Part shown: positions 30,668 to 44,800 of the stretch, piece after piece
Numbering within the stretch: the stretch's first letter is position 1
Layout: each line of letters opens with the position of its first letter
Assembly (NCBI GenBank): GCA_964016885.1
Contig: OZ024741.1
Span: 49,042,001 to 49,106,000, forward strand
Direction: 5' to 3'
Source of the DNA: Eledone cirrhosa
Lineage: Eukaryota
DNA: 64,000 bases
Translations under genes and position numbers: made by a program
Notes under the pieces: generated by a model
Told to the model about the DNA's origin: nothing
Seen by the model: only the letters and a program-made list of their open reading frames with translations
Database searches by the model: none

Positions 30668-33600
30668 ACTATAGTAGATCTATTACTGTGATAATGAAGA
30701 GTTACACTACCATTAGTTACTAGTCTATACTAGATCTATTACTGTGATAATTTGGAGTTACTATACCAGTAGAAACTAGTCTATACTAGATCTATTACTG
30801 TGATAATGGGGAGTTACTATACCAGTAGTAACTAGGCTATACTAGATCTATTACTGTGATAATGAGGAGTTACACTACCAGTAGTAACTAGTCTATACTA
30901 GATCTATTACTGTGATAACGTGGAGTTACTATACAAGTAGTAACTAGTCTATACTAGATCTATTACTGTGATAATGTGGAGTTACTATACCAGTAGTAAC
31001 TAGTCTATACTAGATCTATTACTGTGATAATGGGGTGTTACTATACCAGTAGTAACTTGTCTATACTAGGTCTATTTCTGTGATAATGAAGAGTTACTAT
31101 ACCAGTAGTAACTAGTCTAAACTAGATCTATTACTGTGACAATGTGGAGTTACTATACCAGTAGTAACTAGTCTATACTAGATCTATTACTGTGTTAATA
31201 TTGAGTTACACTACCAGTAGTAACTAGTCTATACTAGATCTATTACTGTGATAATGTGGAGTTACTATACCAGTAGTAACTAGTCTATACTAGATCTATT
31301 ACTGTGATAATGAGGAGTAACTATACCAGTAGTAACTAGTCTATACTAGATCTATTACTGTGTAATGTGGAGTTACTGTACCAGTAGTAACTAGTCTATA
31401 TTAGATCTACGACTGTGATAATGAGGAGTTACTATACCAGTAGTAACTAGTCTATACTAGATCTATTACTGTGATAATGAAGAGTTACTATACCAGTAGT
31501 AACTAGTCTATACTAGATCTATTACTGTGATAATGTGGAGTTACTATACCAGTAGTAACTAGTCTATACTAGATCTATTACTGTGATAATGAAGAGTTAC
31601 TATACCAGTAGTAACTAGTCTATACTAGATCTATTACTGTGATAATGTGGAATTACTGAACCAATAGTAACTAGTCTATACTAGATCTATTACTGTGATA
31701 ATGTGGAGTTACTATACCAGTAGTAACTAGTCTATTCTAGATCTATTACTGTGATAATGGGGTGTTACTATACCAGTAGTAACTAGTCTATACTGGATCT
31801 ATTACTGTGATAATGGGGAGTTACTATACCAGTAGTAACTAGTCTATACTAGATCTATTACTGTGATAATGTGGAGTTACTATACCAGTAGTAACTAGTC
31901 TATACTAGATCTATTACTTTGATAATGGGGAGTTACTATACCAGTAGTAACTAGTCTATACTAGATCTATTACTGTGAGAATGGGGTGTTACTATACCAG
32001 TAGTAACTAGTCTATACTAGATCTATTACTGTGATAATGGGGAGTTACTATACCAGTAGAAACTAGTCTATAATAGATCTATCACTGTGATAATGGGGAG
32101 TTATTATACCAGTAGTAACTAGTCTATACTAGACCTATTACTGTGATAATATGGAGTTAGACTACCATTAGTAACTAGTCTATACTAGATCTATTACTGT
32201 GATAACGTGGAGTTACTATACCAGTAGAAACTAGTCTATACTAGATCTATTACTGTGATAATGTGGAGTTACTATACCAGTAGAAACTAGTTTATACTAG
32301 ATCTATTACTGTGATAATGTGGAGTTACTATACCAGTAGAAACTAGTCTATACTAGATCTATTACTGTGATAATGTGGAGTTACTATACCAGTAGAAACT
32401 AGTTTACACTAGATCTATTACTGTGATAATGTGGAGTTACTATACCAGTAGTAACTAGTCTAAACTAGATCTGTTACTGTGATAATGTCGAGTTACTGTA
32501 CCAGTAGAAACTAGTCTATACTGGATCTATTACTGTGTTAATGTGGCGTTACTATACTAGTAGTAACTAGTCTATACTAGATCTACTACTGTGGTAATGT
32601 GGAGTTACTGTACCAGTAGTAACTAGTCTATACTAGATCTATTACTGTGATAATGTGGATTTACTATACCAGTAGTAACTAGTCTATAGTAGATCTATTA
32701 CTGTGATAATGAAGAGTTACACTACCATTAGTTACTAGTCTATACTAGATCTATTATTGTGATAATTTGGAGTTACTATACCAGTAGAAACTAGTCTATA
32801 CTAGATCTATTACTGTGATATTGGGGAGTTGCTATACCAGTAGTAACTAGGCTATACTAGATCTATTACTGTGATAATGTGGAGTTACTATACCAGTAGT
32901 AACTAGTCTATACTAGATCTATTACTGTGATAATGTGGAGTTACTGTACCAGTAGTAACTAGTCTATACTAGATCTACAACTGGGATAATGTGGAGTTAC
33001 TATACCAGTAGTAACTAGTCTATACTAGATCTATTACTGTGATAATGGGGTGTTACTATACCAGTAGTAACTAGTCTATACTAGGTCTATTTCTGTGATA
33101 ATGAAGAGTTACTATACCAGTAGTAACTAGTTTATACTAGATCTATTACTGTGATAATGTGGAGTTACTATACCCGTAGTAACTAGTCTATACTAGATCT
33201 ATTACTGTGATAATGAAGAGTTACTATACCCGTAGTAACTAGTCTATACTAGATCTATTACTGTGATAATGTGGAGTTACTATACCAGTAGAAACTAGTC
33301 TATACTAGATCTACTTCTGTGATACTATGGAGTTACTGTACCAGTAGTAACTAGTCTATACTAGATCTACAACTGGGATAATGTGGAGTTACTATACCAG
33401 TAGTAACTAGTCTATATTAGATCTATTACTGTGATAATGGGGTGTTATTATACCAGTAGTAACTAGTCTATACTAGATCTATTTCTGTGATAATGAAGAG
33501 TTACTATACCAGTAGTAACTAGTCTATACTAGATCTATTACTGTGATAATGTGGAGTTACTATACCAGTAGAAACTAGTCTATACTACATCTACTTCTGT

Positions 33601-36600
33601 GATACTGTGGAGTTACTGTACCAGTAGTAACTAGACTATACTAGATCTACAACTGGGATAATGTGGAGCTACTATACCAGTAGTAACTAGTCTATTCTAG
33701 ATCTATTACTGTGATAATGGGGAGTTACTATACCAGTAGAAACTAGTCTATAATAGATCTATTACTGTGATAATGTGGAGTTACACTACCAGTAGTAACT
33801 AGTCTAAACTAGATCTATTACTGTGATAATGTGGAGTTACTATACCAGTAGTAACTAGTCTATACTAGATCTATTACTGTGATAATATGGAGTTACACTA
33901 CCAGTAGTAACTAGTCTATACTAGATCTATTTCTGTGATAATGAGGAGTTACTATACCAGTAGTAACTAGTCTATACTAGATCTATTACTGTGAGAATGT
34001 GGAGTTACTATACCAGTAGTAACTAGTCTATACTAGATCTATTACTGTGATAATGAAAAGTAACTATACCAGTAGTAACTAGTCTATACTAGATCTATTA
34101 CTGTGATAATGTGGAGTTACTATACCAGTAGTAACTACTCTATACTAGATCTATTACTGTGATAATGAGGAGTAACTATACCAGTAGTAACTAGTCTATA
34201 CTAGATCTATTACTGTGATAATGGGGAGTTACTATACCAGTAGTAACTAGTCTATAATAGATCTATTACTGTGATAATGGAGTGTTACTATACCAGTAGT
34301 AACTAGTCTATACTAGATCTATTACTGTGATAATGGGGAGTTACTCTACCAGTAGAAACTAGTCTATACTAGATCTATTACTGTGATAATGTGGAGTTAC
34401 TATACCAGTAGAAACTAGTTTATACTAGATCTATTACTGTGATAATGTGGAGTTACTATACCAGTAGAAACTAGTCTATACTAGATCTATTACTGTGATA
34501 ATGTGGATTTACTATACCAGTAGAAACTAGTTTATACTAGATCTATTACTGTGATAATGTGGAGTTACTATACCAGTAGAAACTAGTCTATACTAGATCT
34601 ATTACTGTGATAATGTGGAGTTACTATACCAGTAGAAACTAGTTTATACTAGATCTATTACTGTGATAACGTGGAGTTACTATACCAGTAGTAACTAGTC
34701 TAAACTAGATCTATTACTGTGATAATGTTGAGTTACTATACCAGTAGAAACTAGTCTATACTGGATCTATTACTGTGTTAATGTGGCGTTACTATACTAG
34801 TAGTAACAAGTCTATACTAGATCTACTACTGTGATAATGTGGAGTTACTGTACCAGTAGTAACTAGTCTATACTAGATCTATTACTGTGATAATGTGGAA
34901 TTACTATACCAGTAGTAACTAGTCTATAGTAGATCTATTACTGTGATAATGAAGAGTTACACTACCATTAGTTACTAGTCTATACTAGATCGATTACTGT
35001 GATAATTTGGAGTTACTATACCAGTAGAAACTAGTCTATACTAGATCTATTACTGTGATAATGGGGAGTTACTATACCAGTAGTAACTAGGCTATACTAG
35101 ATCTATTACTGTGATAATGAGGAGTTACACTACCAGTAGTAACTAGTCTATACTAGATCTATTACTGTGATAATGTGGAGTTACTATACAAGTAGTAACT
35201 AGTCTATACTAGATCTATTACTGTGATAATGTGGAGTTACTATACCAGTAGTAACTAGTCTATACTAGATCTATTACTGTGATAATGGGGTGTTACTATA
35301 CCAGTAGTAACTTGTCTATACTAGGTCTATTTCTGTGATAATGAAGAGTTACTATACCAGTAGTAACTAGTCTAAACTAGATCTATTACTGTGACAATGT
35401 GGAGTTACTATACAAGTAGTAACTAGTCTATACTAGATCTATTACTGTGTTAATATTGAGTTACACTACCAGTAGTAACTAGTCTATACTAGATCTATTT
35501 CTGTGATAATGAGGAGTTACTATACCAGTAGTAACTAGTCTATACTAGATCTATTACTGTGATAATGTGGAGTTACTATACACGTAGTAACTAGTCTATA
35601 CTAGATCTATTACTGTGATAATGAGGAGTAACTATACCAGTAGTAACTAGTCTATACTAGATCTATTACTGTGTAATGTGGAGTTACTGTACCAGTAGTA
35701 ACTAGTCTATATTAGATCTACGACTGTGATAATGAGGAGTTACTATACCAGTAGTAACTAGTCTATACTAGATCTATTACTGTGATAATGAAGAGTTACT
35801 ATACCAGTAGTAACTAGTCTATACTAGATCTATTACTGTGATAATGTGGTGTTACTATACCAGTAGTAACTAGTCTATACTAGATCTATTACTGTGATAA
35901 TGAAGAGTTACTATACCAGTAGTAACTAGTCTATACTAGATCTATTACTGTGATAATGTGGAGTTACTATACCAGTAGTAACTAGTCTATACTAGATCTA
36001 TTACTGTGATAATGTGGAGTTACTGAACCAATAGTAACTAGTCTATACTAGATCTATTACTGTGATAATGGGGAGTTACTATACCAGTAGTAACTAGTCT
36101 ATACTAGATCTATTACTGTGATAATGTGGAGTTACTATACCAGTAGTAACTAGTCTATACTAGATCTATTACTTTGATAATGGGGAGTTACTATACTAGT
36201 GGTAACTAGTCTATACTAGATCTATTACTGTGAGAATGGGGTGTTACTATACCAGTAGTAACTAGTCTATACTAGATCTATTACTGTGATAATGGGGAGT
36301 TACTATACCAGTAGAAACTAGTCTATAATAGATCTATTACTGTGATAATGGGGAGTTATTATACCAGTAGTAACTAGTCTATACTAGACCTATTACTGTG
36401 ATAATATGGAGTTAGACTACCATTAGTAACTAGTCTATACTAGATCTATTACTGTGATAACGTGGAGTTACTATACCAGTAGAAACTAGTCTATACTAGA
36501 TCTATTACTGTGATAATGTGGAGTTACTATACCAGTAGTAACTAGTCTATTCTAGATCTATTACTGTGATAATGGGGTGTTACTATACCAGTAGTAACTA

Positions 36601-36660
36601 GTCTATACTGGATCTATTACTGTGATAATGGGGAGTTACTATACCAGTAGTAACTAGTCT
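29340..36660. repeat. Dispersed copy of about 7.3 kb matching about 9520-20430 without the extra 3,415-bp unit
   Basis: Offsets are 19818 (55-mers 11535/31353), 16403 (14950/31353), then 16235. The last is supported by private variants CACGT 19346/35581 and CTAGTGG 19961/36196 and by 55-mers 19429/35664. Boundaries are approximate. Confidence 0.78.
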
Positions 36661-39600
36661 ATACTAGATCTATTACTGTGATAATGTGGAGTTACTATAC
36701 CAGTAGTAACTAGTCTATACTAGATCTATTACTTTGATAATGGGGAGTTACTATACCAGTAGTAACTAGTCTATACTAGATCTATTACTGTGAGAATGGG
36801 GTGTTACTATACCAGTAGTAACTAGTCTATACTAGATCTATTACTGTGATAATGGGGAGTTACTATACCAGTAGAAACTAGTCTATAATAGATCTATCAC
36901 TGTGATAATGGGGAGTTATTATACCAGTAGTAACTAGTCTATACTAGACCTATTACTGTGATAATATGGAGTTAGACTACCATTAGTAACTAGTCTATAC
37001 TAGATCTATTACTGTGATAACGTGGAGTTACTATACCAGTAGAAACTAGTCTATACTAGATCTATTACTGTGATAATGTGGAGTTACTATACCAGTAGAA
37101 ACTAGTTTATACTAGATCTATTACTGTGATAATGTGGAGTTACTATACCAGTAGTAACTAGTCTATACTAGATCTATTACTGTGATAATGAGGAGTAACT
37201 ATACCAGTAGTAACTAGTCTATACTAGATCTATTACTGTGTAATGTGGAGTTACTATACCAGTAGAAACTAGTTTACACTAGATCTATTACTGTGATAAT
37301 GTGGAGTTACTATACCAGTAGTAACTAGTCTAAACTAGATCTGTTACTGTGATAATGTCGAGTTACTGTACCAGTAGAAACTAGTCTATACTGGATCTAT
37401 TACTGTGTTAATGTGGCGTTACTATACTAGTAGTAACTAGTCTATACTAGATCTACTACTGTGGTAATGTGGAGTTACTGTACCAGTAGTAACTAGTCTA
37501 TACTAGATCTATTACTGTGATAATGTGGATTTACTATACCAGTAGTAACTAGTCTATAGTAGATCTATTACTGTGATAATGAAGAGTTACACTACCATTA
37601 GTTACTAGTCTATACTAGATCTATTATTGTGATAATTTGGAGTTACTATACCAGTAGAAACTAGTCTATAGTAGATCTATTACTGTGATATTGGGGAGTT
37701 GCTATACCAGTAGTAACTAGGCTATACTAGATCTATTACTGTGATAATGTGGAGTTACTATACCAGTAGTAACTAGTCTATACTAGATCTATTACTGTGA
37801 TAATGTGGAGTTACTGTACCAGTAGTAACTAGTCTATACTAGATCTACAACTGGGATAATGTGGAGTTACTATACCAGTAGTAACTAGTCTATACTAGAT
37901 CTATTACTGTGATAATATGGAGTTACACTACCAGTAGTAACTAGTTTATACTAGATCTATTACTGTGATAATGTGGAGTTACTATACCCGTAGTAACTAG
38001 TCTATACTAGATCTATTACTGTGATAATGAAGAGTTACTATACCCGTAGTAACTAGTCTATACTAGATCTATTACTGTGATAATGTGGAGCTACTGTACC
38101 AGTAGTAACTAGTCTATACTAGATCTATTACTGTGATAATGTGGAGTTACTATACCAGTAGAAACTAGTCTATACTAGATCTACTTCTGTGATACTATGG
38201 AGTTACTGTACCAGTAGTAACTAGTCTATACTAGATCTACAACTGGGATAATGTGGAGTTACTATACCAGTAGTAACTAGTCTATATTAGATCTATTACT
38301 GTGATAATGGGGTGTTTTTATACCAGTAGTAACTAGTCTATACTAGATCTATTTCTGTGATAATGAAGAGTTACTATACCAGTAGTAACTAGTCTATACT
38401 AGATCTATTACTGTGATAATGTGGAGTTACTATACCAGTAGAAACTAGTCTATACTACATCTACTTCTGTGATACTGTGGAGTTACTGTACCAGTAGTAA
38501 CTAGACTATACTAGATCTACAACTGGGATAATGTGGAGTTACTATACCAGTAGTAACTAGTCTATTCTAGATCTATTACTGTGATAATGGGGAGTTACTA
38601 TACCAGTAGAAACTAGTCTATAATAGATCTATTACTGTGATAATGTGGAGTTACACTACCAGTAGTAACTAGTCTAAACTAGATCTATTACTGTGATAAT
38701 GTGGAGTTACTATACCAGTAGTAACTAGTCTATACTAGATCTATTACTGTGATAATATGGAGTTACACTACCAGTAGTAACTAGTCTATACTAGATCTAT
38801 TTCTGTGATAATGAGGAGTTACTATACCAGTAGTAACTAGTCTATACTAGATCTATTACTGTGAGAATGTGGAGTTACTATACCAGTAGTAACTAGTCTA
38901 TACTAGATCTATTACTGTGATAATGAAAAGTAACTATACCAGTAGTAACTAGTCTATACTAGATCTATTACTGTGATAATGTGGAGTTACTATACCAGTA
39001 GTAACTAGTCTATACTAGATCTACTTCTGTGCTAATGTGGAGTTACTATACCAGTAGAAACTAGTCTATACTAGATCTATTACTGTGATAATGTGGAGTT
39101 ACTATACCAGTAGAAACTAGTTTATACTAGATCTATTACTGTGATAATGTGGAGTTACACTACCAGTAGTAACTAGTCTATACTAGATCTATTACTGTGA
39201 TAATGTGGAGTTACTATACCAGTAGTAACTAGTCTATACTAGATCTATTACTGTGATAATGGGGAGTTACTATACCAGTAGTAACTAGTCTATAATAGAT
39301 CTATTACTGTGATAATGGAGTGTTACTATACCAGTAGTAACTAGTCTATACTAGATCTATTACTGTGATAATGGGGAGTTACTCTACCAGTAGAAACTAG
39401 TCTATACTAGATCTATTACTGTGATAATGTGGAGTTACTATACCAGTAGAAACTAGTTTATACTAGATCTATTACTGTGATAATGTGGAGTTACTATACC
39501 AGTAGAAACTAGTCTATACTAGATCTATTACTGTGATAATGTGGATTTACTATACCAGTAGAAACTAGTTTATACTAGATCTATTACTGTGATAATGTGG

Positions 39601-42600
39601 AGTTACTATACCAGTAGAAACTAGTCTATACTAGATCTATTACTGTGATAATGTGGAGTTACTATACCAGTAGAAACTAGTTTATACTAGATCTATTACT
39701 GTGATAACGTGGAGTTACTATACCAGTAGTAACTAGTCTAAACTAGATCTATTACTGTGATAATGTTGAGTTACTATACCAGTAGAAACTAGTCTATACT
39801 GGATCTATTACTGTGTTAATGTGGCGTTACTATACTAGTAGTAACAAGTCTATACTAGATCTACTACTGTGATAATGTGGAGTTACTGTACCAGTAGTAA
39901 CTAGTCTATACTAGATCTATTACTGTGATAATGTGGAATTACTATACCAGTAGTAACTAGTCTATAGTAGATCTATTACTGTGATAATGAAGAGTTACAC
40001 TACCATTAGTTACTAGTCTATACTAGATCTATTACTGTGATAATTTGGAGTTACTATACCAGTAGAAACTAGTCTATACTAGATCTATTACTGTGATAAT
40101 GGGGAGTTACTATACCAGTAGTAACTAGGCTATACTAGATCTATTACTGTGATAATGAGGAGTTACACTACCAGTAGTAACTAGTCTATACTAGATCTAT
40201 TACTGTGATAATGTGGAGTTACTATACAAGTAGTAACTAGTCTATACTAGATCTATTACTGTGATAATGTGGAGTTACTATACCAGTAGTAACTAGTCTA
40301 TACTAGATCTATTACTGTGATAATGGGGTGTTACTATACCAGTAGTAACTTGTCTATACTAGGTCTATTTCTGTGATAATGAAGAGTTACTATACCAGTA
40401 GTAACTAGTCTAAACTAGATCTATTACTGTGACAATGTGGAGTTACTATACCAGTAGTAACTAGTCTATACTAGATCTATTACTGTGTTAATATTGAGTT
40501 ACACTACCAGTAGTAACTAGTCTATACTAGATCTATTTCTGTGATAATGAGGAGTTACTATACCAGTAGTAACTAGTCTATACTAGATCTATTACTGTGA
40601 TAATGTGGAGTTACTATACCAGTAGTAACTAGTCTATACTAGATCTATTACTGTGATAATGAGGAGTAACTATACCAGTAGTAACTAGTCTATACTAGAT
40701 CTATTACTGTGTAATGTGGAGTTACTGTACCAGTAGTAACTAGTCTATATTAGATCTACGACTGTGATAATGAGGAGTTACTATACCAGTAGTAACTAGT
40801 CTATACTAGATCTATTACTGTGATAATGAAGAGTTACTATACCAGTAGTAACTAGTCTATACTAGATCTATTACTGTGATAATGTGGTGTTACTATACCA
40901 GTAGTAACTAGTCTATACTAGATCTATTACTGTGATAATGAAGAGTTACTATACCAGTAGTAACTAGTCTATACTAGATCTATTACTGTGATAATGTGGA
41001 GTTACTATACCAGTAGTAACTAGTCTATACTAGATCTATTACTGTGATAATGTGGAGTTACTGAACCAATAGTAACTAGTCTATACTAGATCTATTACTG
41101 TGATAATGGGGAGTTACTATACCAGTAGTAACTAGTCTATACTAGATCTATTACTGTGATAATGTGGAGTTACTATACCAGTAGTAACTAGTCTATACTA
41201 GATCTATTACTTTGATAATGGGGAGTTACTATACCAGTAGTAACTAGTCTATACTAGATCTAATACTGTGAGAATGGGGTGTTACTATACCAGTAGTAAC
41301 TAGTCTATACTAGATCTATTACTGTGATAATGGGGAGTTACTATACCAGTAGAAACTAGTCTATAATAGATCTATTACTGTGATAATGGGGAGTTATTAT
41401 ACCAGTAGTAACTAGTCTATACTAGACCTATTACTGTGATAATATGGAGTTAGACTACCATTAGTAACTAGTCTATACTAGATCTATTACTGTGATAACG
41501 TGGAGTTACTATACCAGTAGAAACTAGTCTATACTAGATCTATTACTGTGATAATGTGGAGTTACTATACCAGTAGTAACTAGTCTATTCTAGATCTATT
41601 ACTGTGATAATGGGGTGTTACTATACCAGTAGTAACTAGTCTATACTGGATCTATTACTGTGATAATGGGGAGTTACTATACCAGTAGTAACTAGTCTAT
41701 ACTAGATCTATTACTGTGATAATGTGGAGTTACTATACCAGTAGTAACTAGTCTATACTAGATCTATTACTTTGATAATGGGGAGTTACTATACCAGTAG
41801 TAACTAGTCTATACTAGATCTATTACTGTGAGAATGGGGTGTTACTATACCAGTAGTAACTAGTCTATACTAGATCTATTACTGTGATAATGGGGAGTTA
41901 CTATACCAGTAGAAACTAGTCTATAATAGATCTATCACTGTGATAATGGGGAGTTATTATACCAGTAGTAACTAGTCTATACTAGACCTATTACTGTGAT
42001 AATATGGAGTTAGACTACCATTAGTAACTAGTCTATACTAGATCTATTACTGTGATAACGTGGAGTTACTATACCAGTAGAAACTAGTCTATACTAGATC
42101 TATTACTGTGATAATGTGGAGTTACTATACCAGTAGAAACTAGTTTATACTAGATCTATTACTGTGATAATGTGGAGTTACTATACCAGTAGTAACTAGT
42201 CTATACTAGATCTATTACTGTGATAATGAGGAGTAACTATACCAGTAGTAACTAGTCTATACTAGATCTATTACTGTGTAATGTGGAGTTACTATACCAG
42301 TAGAAACTAGTTTACACTAGATCTATTACTGTGATAATGTGGAGTTACTATACCAGTAGTAACTAGTCTAAACTAGATCTGTTACTGTGATAATGTCGAG
42401 TTACTGTACCAGTAGAAACTAGTCTATACTGGATCTATTACTGTGTTAATGTGGCGTTACTATACTAGTAGTAACTAGTCTATACTAGATCTACTACTGT
42501 GGTAATGTGGAGTTACTGTACCAGTAGTAACTAGTCTATACTAGATCTATTACTGTGATAATGTGGATTTACTATACCAGTAGTAACTAGTCTATAGTAG

Positions 42601-44800
42601 ATCTATTACTGTGATAATGAAGAGTTACACTACCATTAGTTACTAGTCTATACTAGATCTATTATTGTGATAATTTGGAGTTACTATACCAGTAGAAACT
42701 AGTCTATAGTAGATCTATTACTGTGATATTGGGGAGTTGCTATACCAGTAGTAACTAGGCTATACTAGATCTATTACTGTGATAATGTGGAGTTACTATA
42801 CCAGTAGTAACTAGTCTATACTAGATCTATTACTGTGATAATGTGGAGTTACTGTACCAGTAGTAACTAGTCTATACTAGATCTACAACTGGGATAATGT
42901 GGAGTTACTATACCAGTAGTAACTAGTCTATACTAGATCTATTACTGTGATAATAGGGTGTTACTATACCAGTAGTAACTAGTCTATACTAGGTCTATTT
43001 CTGTGATAATGAAGAGTTACTATACCAGTAGTAACTAGTTTATACTAGATCTATTACTGTGATAATGTGGAGTTACTATACCCGTAGTAACTAGTCTATA
43101 CTAGATCTATTACTGTGATAATGAAGAGTTACTATACCCGTAGTAACTAGTCTATACTAGATCTATTACTGTGATAATGTGGAGCTACTGTACCAGTAGT
43201 AACTAGTCTATACTAGATCTATTACTGTGATAATGTGGAGTTACTATACCAGTAGAAACTAGTCTATACTAGATCTACTTCTGTGATACTATGGAGTTAC
43301 TGTACCAGTAGTAACTAGTCTATACTAGATCTACAACTGGGATAATGTGGAGTTACTATACCAGTAGTAACTAGTCTATATTAGATCTATTACTGTGATA
43401 ATGGGGTGTTATTATACCAGTAGTAACTAGTCTATACTAGATCTATTTCTGTGATAATGAAGAGTTACTATACCAGTAGTAACTAGTCTATACTAGATCT
43501 ATTACTGTGATAATGTGGAGTTACTATACCAGTAGAAACTAGTCTATACTACATCTACTTCTGTGATACTGTGGAGTTACTGTACCAGTAGTAACTAGAC
43601 TATACTAGATCTACAACTGGGATAATGTGGAGTTACTATACCAGTAGTAACTAGTCTATTCTAGATCTATTACTGTGATAATGGGGAGTTACTATACCAG
43701 TAGAAACTAGTCTATAATAGATCTATTACTGTGATAATGTGGAGTTACACTACCAGTAGTAACTAGTCTAAACTAGATCTATTACTGTGATAATGTGGAG
43801 TTACTATACCAGTAGTAACTAGTCTATACTAGATCTATTACTGTGATAATATGGAGTTACACTACCAGTAGTAACTAGTCTATACCAGATCTATTTCTGT
43901 GATAATGAGGAGTTACTATACCAGTAGTAACTAGTCTATACTAGATCTATTACTGTGAGAATGTGGAGTTACTATACCAGTAGTAACTAGTCTATACTAG
44001 ATCTATTACTGTGATAATGAAAAGTAACTATACCAGTAGTAACTAGTCTATACTAGATCTATTACTGTGATAATGTGGAGTTACTATACCAGTAGTAACT
44101 AGTCTATACTAGATCCACTTCTGTGCTAATGTGGAGTTACTATACCAGTAGAAACTAGTCTATACTAGATCTATTACTGTGATAATGTGGAGTTACTATA
44201 CCAGTAGAAACTAGTTTATACTAGATCTATTACTGTGATAATGTGGAGTTACACTACCAGTAGTAACTAGTCTATACTAGATCTATTACTGTGATAATGT
44301 GGAGTTACTATACCAGTAGTAACTAGTCTATACTAGATCTATTACTGTGATAATGGGGAGTTACTATACCAGTAGTAACTAGTCTATAATAGATCTATTA
44401 CTGTGATAATGGAGTGTTACTATACCAGTAGTAACTAGTCTATACTAGATCTATTACTGTGATAATGGGGAGTTACTCTACCAGTAGAAACTAGTCTATA
44501 CTAGATCTATTACTGTGATAATGTGGAGTTACTATACCAGTAGAAACTAGTTTATACTAGATCTATTACTGTGATAATGTGGAGTTACTATACCAGTAGA
44601 AACTAGTCTATACTAGATCTATTACTGTGATAATGTGGAGTTACTATACCAGTAGAAACTAGTTTATACTAGATCTATTACTGTGATAATGTGGAGTTAC
44701 TATACCAGTAGAAACTAGTCTATACTAGATCTATTACTGTGATAATGTGGAGTTACTATACCAGTAGAAACTAGTTTATACTAGATCTATTACTGTGATA
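34208..44800. repeat. Tandem duplication with period 5,038 bp (90 monomers), shifting to 5,094 bp (91 monomers)
   Basis: 55-mers 35664/40702 and 37231/42269 are at offset 5038. GGAGTG variants lie near 34281, 39319 and 44413 (offsets 5038, 5094). ACTATACCCG at 37981/43075 is at offset 5094. Confidence 0.8.
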
